Source: Candidatus Dojkabacteria bacterium (GTDB taxonomy: Bacteria; Patescibacteriota; Dojkabacteria; SC72). Taken from it: DNA of 64,000 bases. The notes under the pieces are model-generated. The model saw nothing but the letters and a program-made list of their open reading frames with translations. It ran no database searches and was not told the DNA's origin. This document shows positions 36,994 to 46,789 of this stretch, one piece after another. The stretch spans positions 140,266-204,265 of the forward strand of contig JBMNHB010000001.1 in the NCBI GenBank assembly GCA_050950145.1. The letters run 5' to 3'. Positions within the stretch are counted from its first letter, which is position 1. Every line of letters begins with the position of its first letter. Position numbers and translations under genes: made by a program.

Positions 36994-37002
36994 TGATATA
37001 AT
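36994..37002 (+). promoter_or_regulatory. Extended -10 element (TGATATAAT) upstream of lysS
   Basis: A TG dinucleotide plus TATAAT lies 30 nt upstream of the lysS ATG. No clear -35 element. Confidence 0.3.
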
Positions 37003-37031
37003 CAAGAGATTTTAATTCTCATCATATTTGT

Positions 37032-38570
37032 ATGGAAGAAAAGGTAACAAGTGATTTAATTGGTCAAAGAGAAGTTAGACTTCAGAAATTAGCAAAATTA
37101 AAAGAGATAGGAATTAATCCATATCCAAGTAAGTCGTATAAAAAAGATAGTATTGGTGATATTCTTAACGAGTTTGAAAAGTATGATGGAGATGAAACGA
37201 TATTAGTTGGTAGAATAACGGCTTGGAGAGAACATGGGAAATTAGTTTTTGGGGATCTAATGGAACAGTCAGGTACTATCCAATTTATGATACGAAAAGA
37301 CGATTTAGTTGAGGATTTGAAAAAAGGATATCTTGGTTGGGATAAGTTAGAACTTTTAGATCTAGCAGATTTCATAGAAGTATATGGAACTATTGGTAAA
37401 ACTAAGACAGGACAGATTACCATTATGGTTAAAAATATCCGATTACTCTCAAAAGCACTAAGACCAATCCCCAGAGAGTTAGAAAACAAAGATCAGAGAT
37501 TTAGAAGAAGATACTTAGACTTAGTTATTCATCCAGAAAAGATGAGAATGTTTGAAAGAAAAGCTAAATTCTGGCAGGTACAGAGAGATTTCCTAAGAAA
37601 AGAAGGCTTTATGGAAGTTGAAGTCCCAATTATGGAACCAGTTACAGGTGGGGCAGATGCTAAACCATTCATTACACATCATAATGCGTTAGATCAAGAT
37701 TTCTACCTTAGAATTTCAACAGAGTTGTATCAGAAGAGATTAATAGGTGCAGGTTTTGAGAAGATATATACTTTTGGTCCTCATTTTAGAAATGAAGGTA
37801 TGGATGATGAACATCTTCAAGAATTTTATGATATTGAATGGTATTGGGCATATGCTGATTACAGAGATAATATGAAGCTAGTAAGAGAACTATTCTTAGA
37901 GATTGCTAAGAAGGTGTATGGTAAAACAGATTTTGAAACAAGGGGGCATAAATTTGATTTAGCAGATGAGTGGAAGGAGATAGATTATGCAACTTCAATC
38001 AAAGATAATTTTGATATTGATATTTTCAAGGATAGTGATGAAAAGATATTGGATGTGATAAAGAAGAATAATATTGAAATGGGTGGTGAGGTGAATAGGA
38101 ATAGGATGATTGATACACTTTGGAAAGATATTAGGACTAAGATATCAGGACCAGCATTTCTAGTTAATCAACCCAAATTCATTTCTCCTTTAGCTAAATC
38201 ACATGAGGATAATGAAGAATTAACACAGAGATTCCAGGTAATAATAGCAGGAAGTGAATTAGGTAATGGATATTCTGAGATTAATGATCCACAGGATCAA
38301 TTAGAAAGATTCTTAGAACAACAAGAGTTAAGAGAGAGTGGGGATGACGAGGCACATATGTTAGATATAGATTTTGTAGAGATGTTGGAGTATGGTATGC
38401 CACCTGTTAGTGGATATGGTCATAGTGAGAGAATATTCTGGTTTATGGAAGATGTAACTGCAAGAGAGGGTACTTTCTTCCCACAGATGAGAATTGAGAC
38501 AGAGAATATAACAAAAGAGATATATAAAGATAAGGTAAAGTTTGAAGATACAAAGAAGAAAAAGAAGTAG
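37032..38570 (+). CDS. lysS: Lysyl-tRNA synthetase, class II
   Basis: N-terminal OB anticodon-binding domain and class II motifs (FRNEGMD..H..EF..IEWY; GGG..IDR). Confidence 0.95.
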   Translation: MEEKVTSDLIGQREVRLQKLAKLKEIGINPYPSKSYKKDSIGDILNEFEKYDGDETILVGRITAWREHGKLVFGDLMEQSGTIQFMIRKDDLVEDLKKGYLGWDKLELLDLADFIEVYGTIGKTKTGQITIMVKNIRLLSKALRPIPRELENKDQRFRRRYLDLVIHPEKMRMFERKAKFWQVQRDFLRKEGFMEVEVPIMEPVTGGADAKPFITHHNALDQDFYLRISTELYQKRLIGAGFEKIYTFGPHFRNEGMDDEHLQEFYDIEWYWAYADYRDNMKLVRELFLEIAKKVYGKTDFETRGHKFDLADEWKEIDYATSIKDNFDIDIFKDSDEKILDVIKKNNIEMGGEVNRNRMIDTLWKDIRTKISGPAFLVNQPKFISPLAKSHEDNEELTQRFQVIIAGSELGNGYSEINDPQDQLERFLEQQELRESGDDEAHMLDIDFVEMLEYGMPPVSGYGHSERIFWFMEDVTAREGTFFPQMRIETENITKEIYKDKVKFEDTKKKKK

Positions 38571-38623
38571 TTCTTTGCTTCTTAAAAACAGCTCTGTATC
38601 AATACCTTCCAAACTTTTAAACT

Positions 38624-38652
38624 TTGACTAATTATCCACTTTTTGATAAAAT
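38624..38652 (+). promoter_or_regulatory. sigma70-like promoter of the large surface protein gene
   Basis: TTGACT, a 17-nt spacer, then TAAAAT. A 9-bp inverted repeat (TTGATAAAA at 38644-38652, TTTTATCAA at 38687-38695) spans the -10 element and the 5'UTR. Confidence 0.4.
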
Positions 38653-38702
38653 AAGCGTATGGGATGTAAGTAATCCCTATATAAGTTTTTATCAAACTTT
38701 TT

Positions 38703-41700
38703 ATGAGAAAAAAACTTTTAAAAAGATTATCTGCCTTTTTAAATATTTCCTTAGTAGTTCTCCTTTTAATTCCGAATTTTGTAATTCCAGCAAGTGTTTT
38801 TGCTGTAGATTCAGTGTTTCCTAGTACTAATGAGATAAATAAAACAAATGGATGGGCATATGTTAATGAACAGAGTAAAGTACCAGGTAGTACTACTTTT
38901 GAATTTAAAAGTACTAGAGACTTCTTCTCTTGTTTTGAGTACAGAACAGATGGAGATACATCTCAAATATTAGCTGAGAATGGGGGGAAAAATTATAACG
39001 CAGAAATAACAGATGGTCTTTATCCATATGTATGTGTTAAGAATAATATGAAGAGTAAAGTAATTAATGCGAACCAATATATAGAAATTAGATTATCATT
39101 TGAAGCAGAAAAAGATGAAAGATTTGCATGGACAAGATTTAATGTTCTTCCTGTTGTTCCTCCTCCTACAGTACCTGTTTTAGAGTATCCGATAAATGGT
39201 GTAATAATAAATGATAATACCCCGTTAATGCAGTGGGCAGATTCAAATGGTGATATTTCCCACTATATGTACAGAATCTTTTACAATTGTAAAGATTCTT
39301 CAAATATTCCAGGTTCTTGTTCTGTGTTTCCTAATCTAAATGGTTTAAGACGAAACACATCAGAATATCAAGCAGGTGTTACTGCAGACAGAGTATATCA
39401 CTGGCAAGTTAAAGCTGTTAATAATCAGGGATTGGAAAGTGAATGGAGTGAATTAGAAACATTTACTATTGATAGTACTCCACCTTCTGTTCCAACAGGC
39501 TTGTATTGGAGAACAGTGGATGATAATAAAATTGTAGAGTGTGGAGGATATAGTAGTTCACGCCATTTAGCAGCACATTGGGATGCAATTGTAGGAGATC
39601 CTACCTTTAGTCATTATGAGTACTCATCATTTAATGCACCAAATGGAAGTGCAGGATTGGTTGAGAGAGTGTTTTATGAAAATTTCTTTGATAGTTCCTC
39701 TTTTTGGACTGTTCCAAAACAGGGAACATATGGATACCAATTGAGAAGTGTGGATAAAGTAGGAAATAAATCAGCATGGGCTTTAGAAAACATTGTAGGT
39801 ATTGAAAATGCTTGTAAAATAACAATAGACTGGACTGCTCCAGTTGTTGAAATTACATCTCCTTTAGCAGATACATATGTTAAAGGGAGTGTTGATTTCA
39901 GAGGTACTATTAATGAACCTAATCTTCTTCGATATTGGTATAGAATATTGAAATCAGAGACTGATAAATCAGTTTTCTCAGATACGATATATGCAGACAC
40001 AGGTTTTGAGAACAAATTAATATATACATGGGATACTACAAAAAACAGTGATGGTGTATATGAAATGAGATTAGATGCAAGAGATAAAGCACTTAACAAA
40101 ACAAATGATTCTATTGACACTATTTATGTAACTGTAGACAACACAGCACCAACAGGAGACATTTTAGGTATTAGATACGACAATACTAGAAATGGAAATA
40201 TCGTAGATGTTACTAACTTCGTTACAAACGATAATTCACCTCTAATATACGGAACATATGGAGATAATTATGAAGTTGATACAGTAGAAGTAAAAATAGG
40301 TGAGATTTCTGGAGCAGTACTTTTAGATGATAGTGGTAATTGGACTGCACAGTTCCCTGACTTAGCAGATGGAACATATAATATTTCATTAAAAATAACA
40401 GATAAGGCTGGAAACGAAACAGAGTTAACACAGGAAATAGTAATTGATTCTGTAGCGCCTAGAGCAACATATACTCACTACATAGATGGAGAAGTATTTG
40501 AAGGGGATATTGCAGAAGTAAAAAGTTTAAGCCAATTATCATTTACAGCATCATATACAGATGCAGATCCTTCTTCAGGATTAAAATATGATTCATTTGC
40601 AATATTCCAAGCTCAAGATGATGGTTCCTTTAGATTTTCTGCAAATGGTAAAAAGGCATACTGCTCATGGAGAAGAGCTCCAAATCTAGTAGATTTAAGT
40701 GGTGGTACAACAACATACGAGCTTACAGAACAGATACCATTTACGAACTGTATTGCAACTTTACCAGACGGAGAATATTACATGGCTCATCATGTGTATG
40801 ATAATGCAGTAAGAAAAGATATTCCAACAATCATGCAATTTAGAGATGTACTAGGTTTACACTTTAAAATTAAAAATACTCCAGTTGTAACAATTTCTTC
40901 ACCATATACAGAGGTAGTACAAGGTGCTCTTTCATTTACAGTAGAGGCACTAGCTACAGATGGTAATGCTCCTCTTACATATGAATGGACAGGGTCAAAC
41001 GGAGTATTTAGTACCAATCCATCTTTTGTCTTTAGTCCTGCTACAGTAGGTGCACATACATTCACAGTAAGAGTAACAGATACTGATGGAGACTATGATG
41101 AAGATACGATAACAATTACAGTTAATGAACCACCTCAGATTCCTCCTGTAGAGAATCCTGATAACCCTGGAGTACTAGGTACTACAACCACAACAAAAAC
41201 AGTAAAAGCTACTCCTAGAAACAGAACTCTGTATGCAGTTAATGTCTTAGATACATCTTCAGAAGTTACAGAAAAAGAAGAAAGTTCTGATGAAATAAAA
41301 GAAGATACTCCAGAAGTGTTAGGGGAGGAAGAAGCATCTTGTAAAGTTAAAAAGCCTCTATCAGGATATGTGTATGTAGATAAGAATAAAAATGATATTA
41401 AGGATAAGAATGAAAAAACTTTTGAGAATATAAAAATAAAAGTAACAACTAAAGAAAATGGAAAAGATGAAATAGTAGAAGAACTTCTAACTGATGTGAA
41501 GGGAGAGTGGAAGATCAACCTATGTCCAGGAAAATATAGTATAACCATAGATACAACAACAATCCCTAAAGGTTACAAACTCAACGGAGATTCCACTGTA
41601 GAAGTAAATGTTTTAGATAATGATGTTGATGGAGTAGAACAATCATTCAATCTTTCTGAAACAAAGTCATTTATTCAGAAGTATTGGTGGATTCTGCTAT

Positions 41701-41759
41701 TAATCATATTACTACTTACAGGATTAGTTGTATCAAAATCTAACAAAGAGGAAGAGTAG
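38703..41759 (+). CDS. Large cell-surface protein (1018 aa) with a signal peptide, multiple beta-sandwich (Ig/FN3-like) domains and a C-terminal TM anchor
   Basis: Signal peptide MRKKLLKRLSAFLNISLVVLLLIPNFVIPASVFA. Repeated beta-rich modules, a Thr/Glu-rich linker and the C-terminal anchor YWWILLLIILLLTGLVV. Confidence 0.7.
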   Translation: MRKKLLKRLSAFLNISLVVLLLIPNFVIPASVFAVDSVFPSTNEINKTNGWAYVNEQSKVPGSTTFEFKSTRDFFSCFEYRTDGDTSQILAENGGKNYNAEITDGLYPYVCVKNNMKSKVINANQYIEIRLSFEAEKDERFAWTRFNVLPVVPPPTVPVLEYPINGVIINDNTPLMQWADSNGDISHYMYRIFYNCKDSSNIPGSCSVFPNLNGLRRNTSEYQAGVTADRVYHWQVKAVNNQGLESEWSELETFTIDSTPPSVPTGLYWRTVDDNKIVECGGYSSSRHLAAHWDAIVGDPTFSHYEYSSFNAPNGSAGLVERVFYENFFDSSSFWTVPKQGTYGYQLRSVDKVGNKSAWALENIVGIENACKITIDWTAPVVEITSPLADTYVKGSVDFRGTINEPNLLRYWYRILKSETDKSVFSDTIYADTGFENKLIYTWDTTKNSDGVYEMRLDARDKALNKTNDSIDTIYVTVDNTAPTGDILGIRYDNTRNGNIVDVTNFVTNDNSPLIYGTYGDNYEVDTVEVKIGEISGAVLLDDSGNWTAQFPDLADGTYNISLKITDKAGNETELTQEIVIDSVAPRATYTHYIDGEVFEGDIAEVKSLSQLSFTASYTDADPSSGLKYDSFAIFQAQDDGSFRFSANGKKAYCSWRRAPNLVDLSGGTTTYELTEQIPFTNCIATLPDGEYYMAHHVYDNAVRKDIPTIMQFRDVLGLHFKIKNTPVVTISSPYTEVVQGALSFTVEALATDGNAPLTYEWTGSNGVFSTNPSFVFSPATVGAHTFTVRVTDTDGDYDEDTITITVNEPPQIPPVENPDNPGVLGTTTTTKTVKATPRNRTLYAVNVLDTSSEVTEKEESSDEIKEDTPEVLGEEEASCKVKKPLSGYVYVDKNKNDIKDKNEKTFENIKIKVTTKENGKDEIVEELLTDVKGEWKINLCPGKYSITIDTTTIPKGYKLNGDSTVEVNVLDNDVDGVEQSFNLSETKSFIQKYWWILLLIILLLTGLVVSKSNKEEE

Positions 41760-41781
41760 AACTTCAAAACTAATTAAAAGA

Positions 41782-41814
41782 TAGAGTGTACCATCCCATA
41801 GATGGTATACTCTA
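41782..41814 (+). terminator. Hairpin after the surface protein gene
   Basis: 14-bp stem TAGAGTGTACCATC / GATGGTATACTCTA with one G-U pair and a CCATA loop. The downstream U-tract is weak. Confidence 0.4.
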
Positions 41815-41817
41815 TAT

Positions 41818-42195
41818 ATGGACTCAGTAAAAGATATTCTCTCTCAACTAAAGACACAAACACCCCAAGTTAAAAAGAAAAAAAGTTCCCAACAGGAACT
41901 TTTTGATGTTGATCAGTTAGCTACGAATCCTAAGAAAATATTTGGTGATAGAGGAAAATATATATCAACAGAATATCAAAGATATGGATTAAGGCTAGCA
42001 GGTAAGTTAGATGATAAAAAAAGATTAACAATGTATATCAAATGGGCAAAAACAAAACCAAGAGCTATACTAGAATCAGCTCTCAGTTTTGTATCAGACT
42101 ATCCTAATGCAGAGAGCAAATCCAAATTATTTATGTGGAAAGTAAAACAATTAGAAAATGAAAGAAAAGGGCAAAAACAAAAAAATACTAAGTAA
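41818..42195 (+). CDS. Hypothetical basic protein (125 aa)
   Basis: ORF with no recognizable motifs. Confidence 0.4.
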   Translation: MDSVKDILSQLKTQTPQVKKKKSSQQELFDVDQLATNPKKIFGDRGKYISTEYQRYGLRLAGKLDDKKRLTMYIKWAKTKPRAILESALSFVSDYPNAESKSKLFMWKVKQLENERKGQKQKNTK

Positions 42196-42970
42196 ACAAA
42201 TACAAATGTATTTCAAAAGAGAGTTTCAATACAAAGGTCAGATGATTGCTTGGATAATTGCTGATATTATTAAAATTTTTGGACTCTGCTTCATCTGGTT
42301 AGCAGCATCAAAAGTAAGTAATGTAGTAGATCAAGAATATATAGTTTCCTATTATATCCTAGTAATGTTTGTTAGTAAGTTTACATCAGATTACACAGTA
42401 GAATTTGGAGTAAGAAATATTTTAGATGGAAGATTCTCAAACTTTTTAGTTAAACCATACAACTATCTTTTGGAATATCTTGGAACTAATATTGGTAGTA
42501 ACATCCTTAGGATAATTCTGTTTCTTCCTGCATTTATAATTGCAATATATTTTGCTTGGGTAAATAACTTTTGGACAGTGGAATTTAACCCATACCTTAT
42601 CTTTCTTTCTGCAGTAGCAATTCTTTTAGGTTTTGGGATTAGCTTCCTATTGGGAAATATTATCTCTCTTGCAGCTGTGAAGATAAAAGAGATGGATGGT
42701 ATTAGAATATTTTACTACAATGTTGCATCCTTACTTTCTGGAGAATTCATACCAATTGTTTTCTTACCTCAAGGTGGTAGGTTTGTACTTGAAGTTCTCC
42801 CTTTTAGATATACTCTCTCTTTTCCTGTTGAAATATTACTTGGGAGATTAAATGATTACCAAAAAGAAATTGGTTTTTTAATTGCAACTGTTTGGTTAGT
42901 TATTCTTTTTATCATATACAAAATTGTTTTTAAGAAAGCTATTAAGAAATATGAAGCAGAAGGAATTTAA
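42158..42970 (+). CDS. Integral membrane protein, ABC-2-type permease-like (6 TM)
   Basis: About 6 hydrophobic helices at ABC-2-like length. The start is probably internal (MYFKREFQYKG near 42206). No ATPase gene is adjacent. Confidence 0.4.
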   Translation: MKEKGKNKKILSKQIQMYFKREFQYKGQMIAWIIADIIKIFGLCFIWLAASKVSNVVDQEYIVSYYILVMFVSKFTSDYTVEFGVRNILDGRFSNFLVKPYNYLLEYLGTNIGSNILRIILFLPAFIIAIYFAWVNNFWTVEFNPYLIFLSAVAILLGFGISFLLGNIISLAAVKIKEMDGIRIFYYNVASLLSGEFIPIVFLPQGGRFVLEVLPFRYTLSFPVEILLGRLNDYQKEIGFLIATVWLVILFIIYKIVFKKAIKKYEAEGI

Positions 42971-43781
42971 AAAAACAAAAAAGAAAAGAAGAGGAATATT
43001 TTACTACTTAAGAGTATGGAGTAGGGTTTTTAAAGGAGGAATGAAAAGAAGCTATCTTTACAAAACAGATATATTTGTAAGGATATTAAGAACAATGTTA
43101 GTTGTTGGTATTCAAGTACTTCTTCTTAATGTTCTTTTTGGTAAGAATGAACTGTATGTAGGTTGGAGTAAGTCCGAGGCATACTTGGTGATAGGGATAT
43201 GGAATCTTCTTAACTATTTAGGTTGGTCTGTTTTTTCAACGAATCTTCTTTATTTAGAATCAAAAGTAATTGAAGGTAAGTTTGATTACATACTTCTTAA
43301 ACCAATTTCATCTGATTGGTATGCATCATTTTCTGATTTTTTCATTACAAATTTTGTCACAGCTATATCAGGTGTGATCTTAATTTTTTACTACATAATT
43401 GTAGAGTGGGGGAAGATATCCTTAGTAAATGTTTTAGTTGGTCTTGCTGCAATACTTGTAGCATTTTTAATTTGGTATTCAATCTATCTCTTCTTTGCTG
43501 CTTTTACAATCTCTAATCCTAGAAATGGAATACTTTCAATTGCAAAAGAATTACTTGGTCTTACTAAATATCCAATTGATGTATTTGGAGAGTCAATGAA
43601 AGTAGTTTTCTATACTGTTATACCAATAGCCTTCTTAACAACACTTCCTGCTAATATTATTATCGGAAGAGGAAAGTATGAATTTATATTAATAGGGTTA
43701 GGTGTTGGGTTAATACTTCTTTTAATTGCAAAGTTAGTATGGAAGATGAATGTTAAGAGATATTCTAGTGCGAGTAGTTAA
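42924..43781 (+). CDS. Integral membrane protein, ABC-2-type permease-like (6 TM), paralogous partner
   Basis: Similar topology to the upstream gene, with an overlapping start. Confidence 0.4.
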   Translation: MFLRKLLRNMKQKEFKKTKKKRRGIFYYLRVWSRVFKGGMKRSYLYKTDIFVRILRTMLVVGIQVLLLNVLFGKNELYVGWSKSEAYLVIGIWNLLNYLGWSVFSTNLLYLESKVIEGKFDYILLKPISSDWYASFSDFFITNFVTAISGVILIFYYIIVEWGKISLVNVLVGLAAILVAFLIWYSIYLFFAAFTISNPRNGILSIAKELLGLTKYPIDVFGESMKVVFYTVIPIAFLTTLPANIIIGRGKYEFILIGLGVGLILLLIAKLVWKMNVKRYSSASS

Positions 43782-43895
43782 AAAAGCACCCTCCCCTGCT
43801 TTTTAAAGGCAGACAAGAGGGTGGACCTTGGTCTAGAGTGGAGGACTTGCACCTCATTAAAAGGGATCCTATTTCCCTTGCACTCTACATAATTG

Positions 43896-44891
43896 TTAAA
43901 GATACTTTCTAGCTATATTTAGTACTTTTCCTAAAAGTTCATCTAATGAATCTGCTTTCATTAACACTCCTGATGCATATGTATGACCTCCACCTCCTAG
44001 CTCTTCTGCTATTACTCTTACATCTTGATAACCCTTTGTACTTCTAAATGATACAAACCAATCATTCTCTGTATTCATATCAGGCTTAATGATAAAGCCC
44101 CAATGAACTCCTTGTATATATCTTAAATATTTATCTCTCAAAAATGCTTGTGCTTCACTAGCACCCTGTTTCAGTTCCAGATCATTCTCCAAATCACTTC
44201 TATCTATAGACATGTATGCCATATCTTTTTCAATAATTAGTGATTGAAGATATTTAACAATTGCATGAGTTGCCTCTCTTGGGAACTTAGAATTTCGGTA
44301 TGCAAAATCTTCTAAATCTACATCTATTACACTCTTTGCCTCAGCAAATACCCTATGAGTATTTGGTGTTGTAATATCGTAAAGAAACCTACCTGTATCT
44401 GCAACAATTCCATACTGTATTAATGATGCACTATCTTCATTAAGTTTAAATCTTCTACCATATATCTTCTTAAGGGTCATATATACCTGTTCAGTAGCAG
44501 AACTCATATTCTCATTAATTATTGTTACATTCTCTCTCTTCTCAAAAAATGTATCATGATGATCAATTACAACGGTTGGAAGTAATTCATTTACACTATC
44601 ATCATCCTCAATACACAAACTCAGATCTCCAGCATCAGTAATTAATATACAATCGTACCCAATACTATCCAATCTCTTTACAATCTCAATCTCCTTCATT
44701 TTAGGTAACCTCATAGATGGATTCTGTTTAGCTTGTATTGTAAAAACCTTCTTAGGATAGATCTCCATTAAAACATGTCTTAACAGAAGGGAACTACAGA
44801 ATGCATCAACATCTGGTCCTTTATGCGTAAGGATTAATATCCTCTTAGAACTCTCCACAACTTTCTTTAATTGTTTGTATTCGTTTCTCAT
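43896..44891 (-). CDS. nrnA: DHH-family phosphoesterase (NrnA-like oligoribonuclease / pAp phosphatase)
   Basis: DHH motif VVIDHHDT and DHHA1 motif GGGGH. The internal ATG at 44891 avoids overlap with serS; the track ORF extends to 44969. Confidence 0.75.
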   Translation of the reverse strand: MRNEYKQLKKVVESSKRILILTHKGPDVDAFCSSLLLRHVLMEIYPKKVFTIQAKQNPSMRLPKMKEIEIVKRLDSIGYDCILITDAGDLSLCIEDDDSVNELLPTVVIDHHDTFFEKRENVTIINENMSSATEQVYMTLKKIYGRRFKLNEDSASLIQYGIVADTGRFLYDITTPNTHRVFAEAKSVIDVDLEDFAYRNSKFPREATHAIVKYLQSLIIEKDMAYMSIDRSDLENDLELKQGASEAQAFLRDKYLRYIQGVHWGFIIKPDMNTENDWFVSFRSTKGYQDVRVIAEELGGGGHTYASGVLMKADSLDELLGKVLNIARKYL

Positions 44892-44955
44892 ATTCTTGAT
44901 AATACCAAAAGAGCAGAATATAATACAGAGATAGTATAAAATTAATAAAAATACC

Positions 44956-46224
44956 ATGTTAGATATCAAGAGAATTGTAGAACAGAAAGAAGAAGTTCAA
45001 AAAGGTCTTCTCAAAAGAATGAATCCTGAAGATTTCAATCTAGATGAAATAGTATCTTTGTATGAAGAGAGAAAGAAGTTACAAACAGAATTTGACAGTG
45101 CTAGAGCAGAACAGAACAGTTTTAATGAAAAAATGTCAAAGATTGATAAAAAGGGAGATGAATTTAAAAAACTTCTTGAAGAATTAAAAAAGAAATCAGA
45201 AGAAGTAAAAGGGATTGAAGAAAAATTAAGAAATACAGAAACAGAATTAAAATCTAAAGTAGAAGTCTTACCAAATGTACCTGATGAAGATGTAGTAGCA
45301 GGTGGAAAAGAGAAAAATGAAGTAGTAAAAGAAGTTGGTAAAAAACCAGAGTTCTCCTTTGCAATTAGAGATCATGTACAACTTGGAACAGATTTAGATA
45401 TATTTGATTTTGAAAGAGCATCAAAGATATCGGGAAATAACTTTACAATGTATAAAGGATTAGGAGCACAGCTAGAATGGGCATTAATTAACTATTTCAT
45501 ATCAGAACATCTTAAAGCAGGATACGAGATGATAATCCCACCGAATCTTGTATCTAGAGAATCTGCATATGCTGCGGGACAATTACCCAAATTTGAAGAT
45601 GATGTTTACTGGGTACAAGATGGTCTCTGTTTAATACCGACAGCTGAAACAGTTTTAACAAATATGTATAGAGATGAGGTTTTAAGTGAAGAAGATTTAC
45701 CTAAGAAGTTCTTTGCATATACACCTTGTTACAGAAGAGAAGCAGGTAGCTATCGAGCAAACGAAAAAGGACTAATTAGAATGCATCAGTTTGACAAGGT
45801 TGAGATGTATCTGTTTGTAAAACCAGAAGATGCTAGTCAAGCTATAGACGAATTAGTGAACAGAGCAGAGGAATTAGTTGCTGGACTTGGTTTACATTAC
45901 AGAGTTGTAAAACTTGCAGCAGGAGATTGTTCTGCAGGTATGGCTAAAACGTATGATGTAGAGGTATATATCCCATCAATAGATAAGTACTATGAAGTAA
46001 GCTCAATATCTAATGCAAGAGATTATCAAGCAAGAAGAGGGAATATGAGATACAAGAGGGAGGATGGAAAACTAGAATTCTTAAACACATTAAATGCCTC
46101 AGGACTTGCAACAAGTAGATTGATGGTAGCTTTGGTAGAAACATATCAGAATGAAGATGGAAGTATAGATATACCAGAAGTACTAAGACCTTACATGGGT
46201 GGAGTAGATAAAATTACAAAGTAA
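44956..46224 (+). CDS. serS: Seryl-tRNA synthetase
   Basis: N-terminal coiled-coil arm and a class II core (FRREAGS...GLIRMHQFDKVE). Confidence 0.95.
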   Translation: MLDIKRIVEQKEEVQKGLLKRMNPEDFNLDEIVSLYEERKKLQTEFDSARAEQNSFNEKMSKIDKKGDEFKKLLEELKKKSEEVKGIEEKLRNTETELKSKVEVLPNVPDEDVVAGGKEKNEVVKEVGKKPEFSFAIRDHVQLGTDLDIFDFERASKISGNNFTMYKGLGAQLEWALINYFISEHLKAGYEMIIPPNLVSRESAYAAGQLPKFEDDVYWVQDGLCLIPTAETVLTNMYRDEVLSEEDLPKKFFAYTPCYRREAGSYRANEKGLIRMHQFDKVEMYLFVKPEDASQAIDELVNRAEELVAGLGLHYRVVKLAAGDCSAGMAKTYDVEVYIPSIDKYYEVSSISNARDYQARRGNMRYKREDGKLEFLNTLNASGLATSRLMVALVETYQNEDGSIDIPEVLRPYMGGVDKITK

Positions 46225-46228
46225 AAAG

Positions 46229-46789
46229 ATGAGTATATTCCTGGGATTCTTTCCAGATAGTAAGTCTAAAGATGAAATAGTTACTGTAACAGAGAGTGTA
46301 AAAGAAATCTTCAAAGACTTCGGTATTGATGTAAGATGGAGTAATCCTAAGACATACCACTGTACACTTCTTTTTGTAGGAAACAAAGTATCTCCAATCC
46401 TTCTCGCAATTTACAAAATATATCTAAAGAAATTTCAATTCAAAAAATTTATAGTTAGATTTAATGCAGTAAAATTAGGAATATCTAGAAAATACAGAGA
46501 ATTAATATACCTTGACTTACTTGAAGGAGGAGAACAGATGAGAGAGATATATCTTCAACTTAAACACCTCCTTAAGAACAAAACAGATGTTCACTTTCTT
46601 CCACACTTAACACTAGGTAGAGTAAACAAAGACTTAACACAACAAGAGAGTATTAATATTGCAAAAGATTTGGTAAATGTTTCAAAGAGGACCAATGTAA
46701 ACAAGATATCTTTTGAGGTAAACAGCATTGATTTAGTAAAGTCAGAAGATGGTGTATATACCGTACAGATGAGTATTACCGGTTCTTAG
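46229..46789 (+). CDS. thpR: 2H phosphoesterase (RNA 2',3'-cyclic phosphodiesterase / LigT family)
   Basis: Two H-x-T/S-x motifs: YHCTLLFVG and LPHLTLGRV. Confidence 0.75.
   Translation: MSIFLGFFPDSKSKDEIVTVTESVKEIFKDFGIDVRWSNPKTYHCTLLFVGNKVSPILLAIYKIYLKKFQFKKFIVRFNAVKLGISRKYRELIYLDLLEGGEQMREIYLQLKHLLKNKTDVHFLPHLTLGRVNKDLTQQESINIAKDLVNVSKRTNVNKISFEVNSIDLVKSEDGVYTVQMSITGS

Noticed and set aside
38624-38824. 66-aa ORF overlapping the start of the large surface protein gene.
   Set aside because: It spans the predicted promoter and 5'UTR and is in a different frame from the 1018-aa gene, so it is an artefact.
43782-43895. SRP (4.5S) RNA, because of the AAGGCAGA string.
   Set aside because: The domain IV GGAA tetraloop and symmetric-loop motifs are absent.
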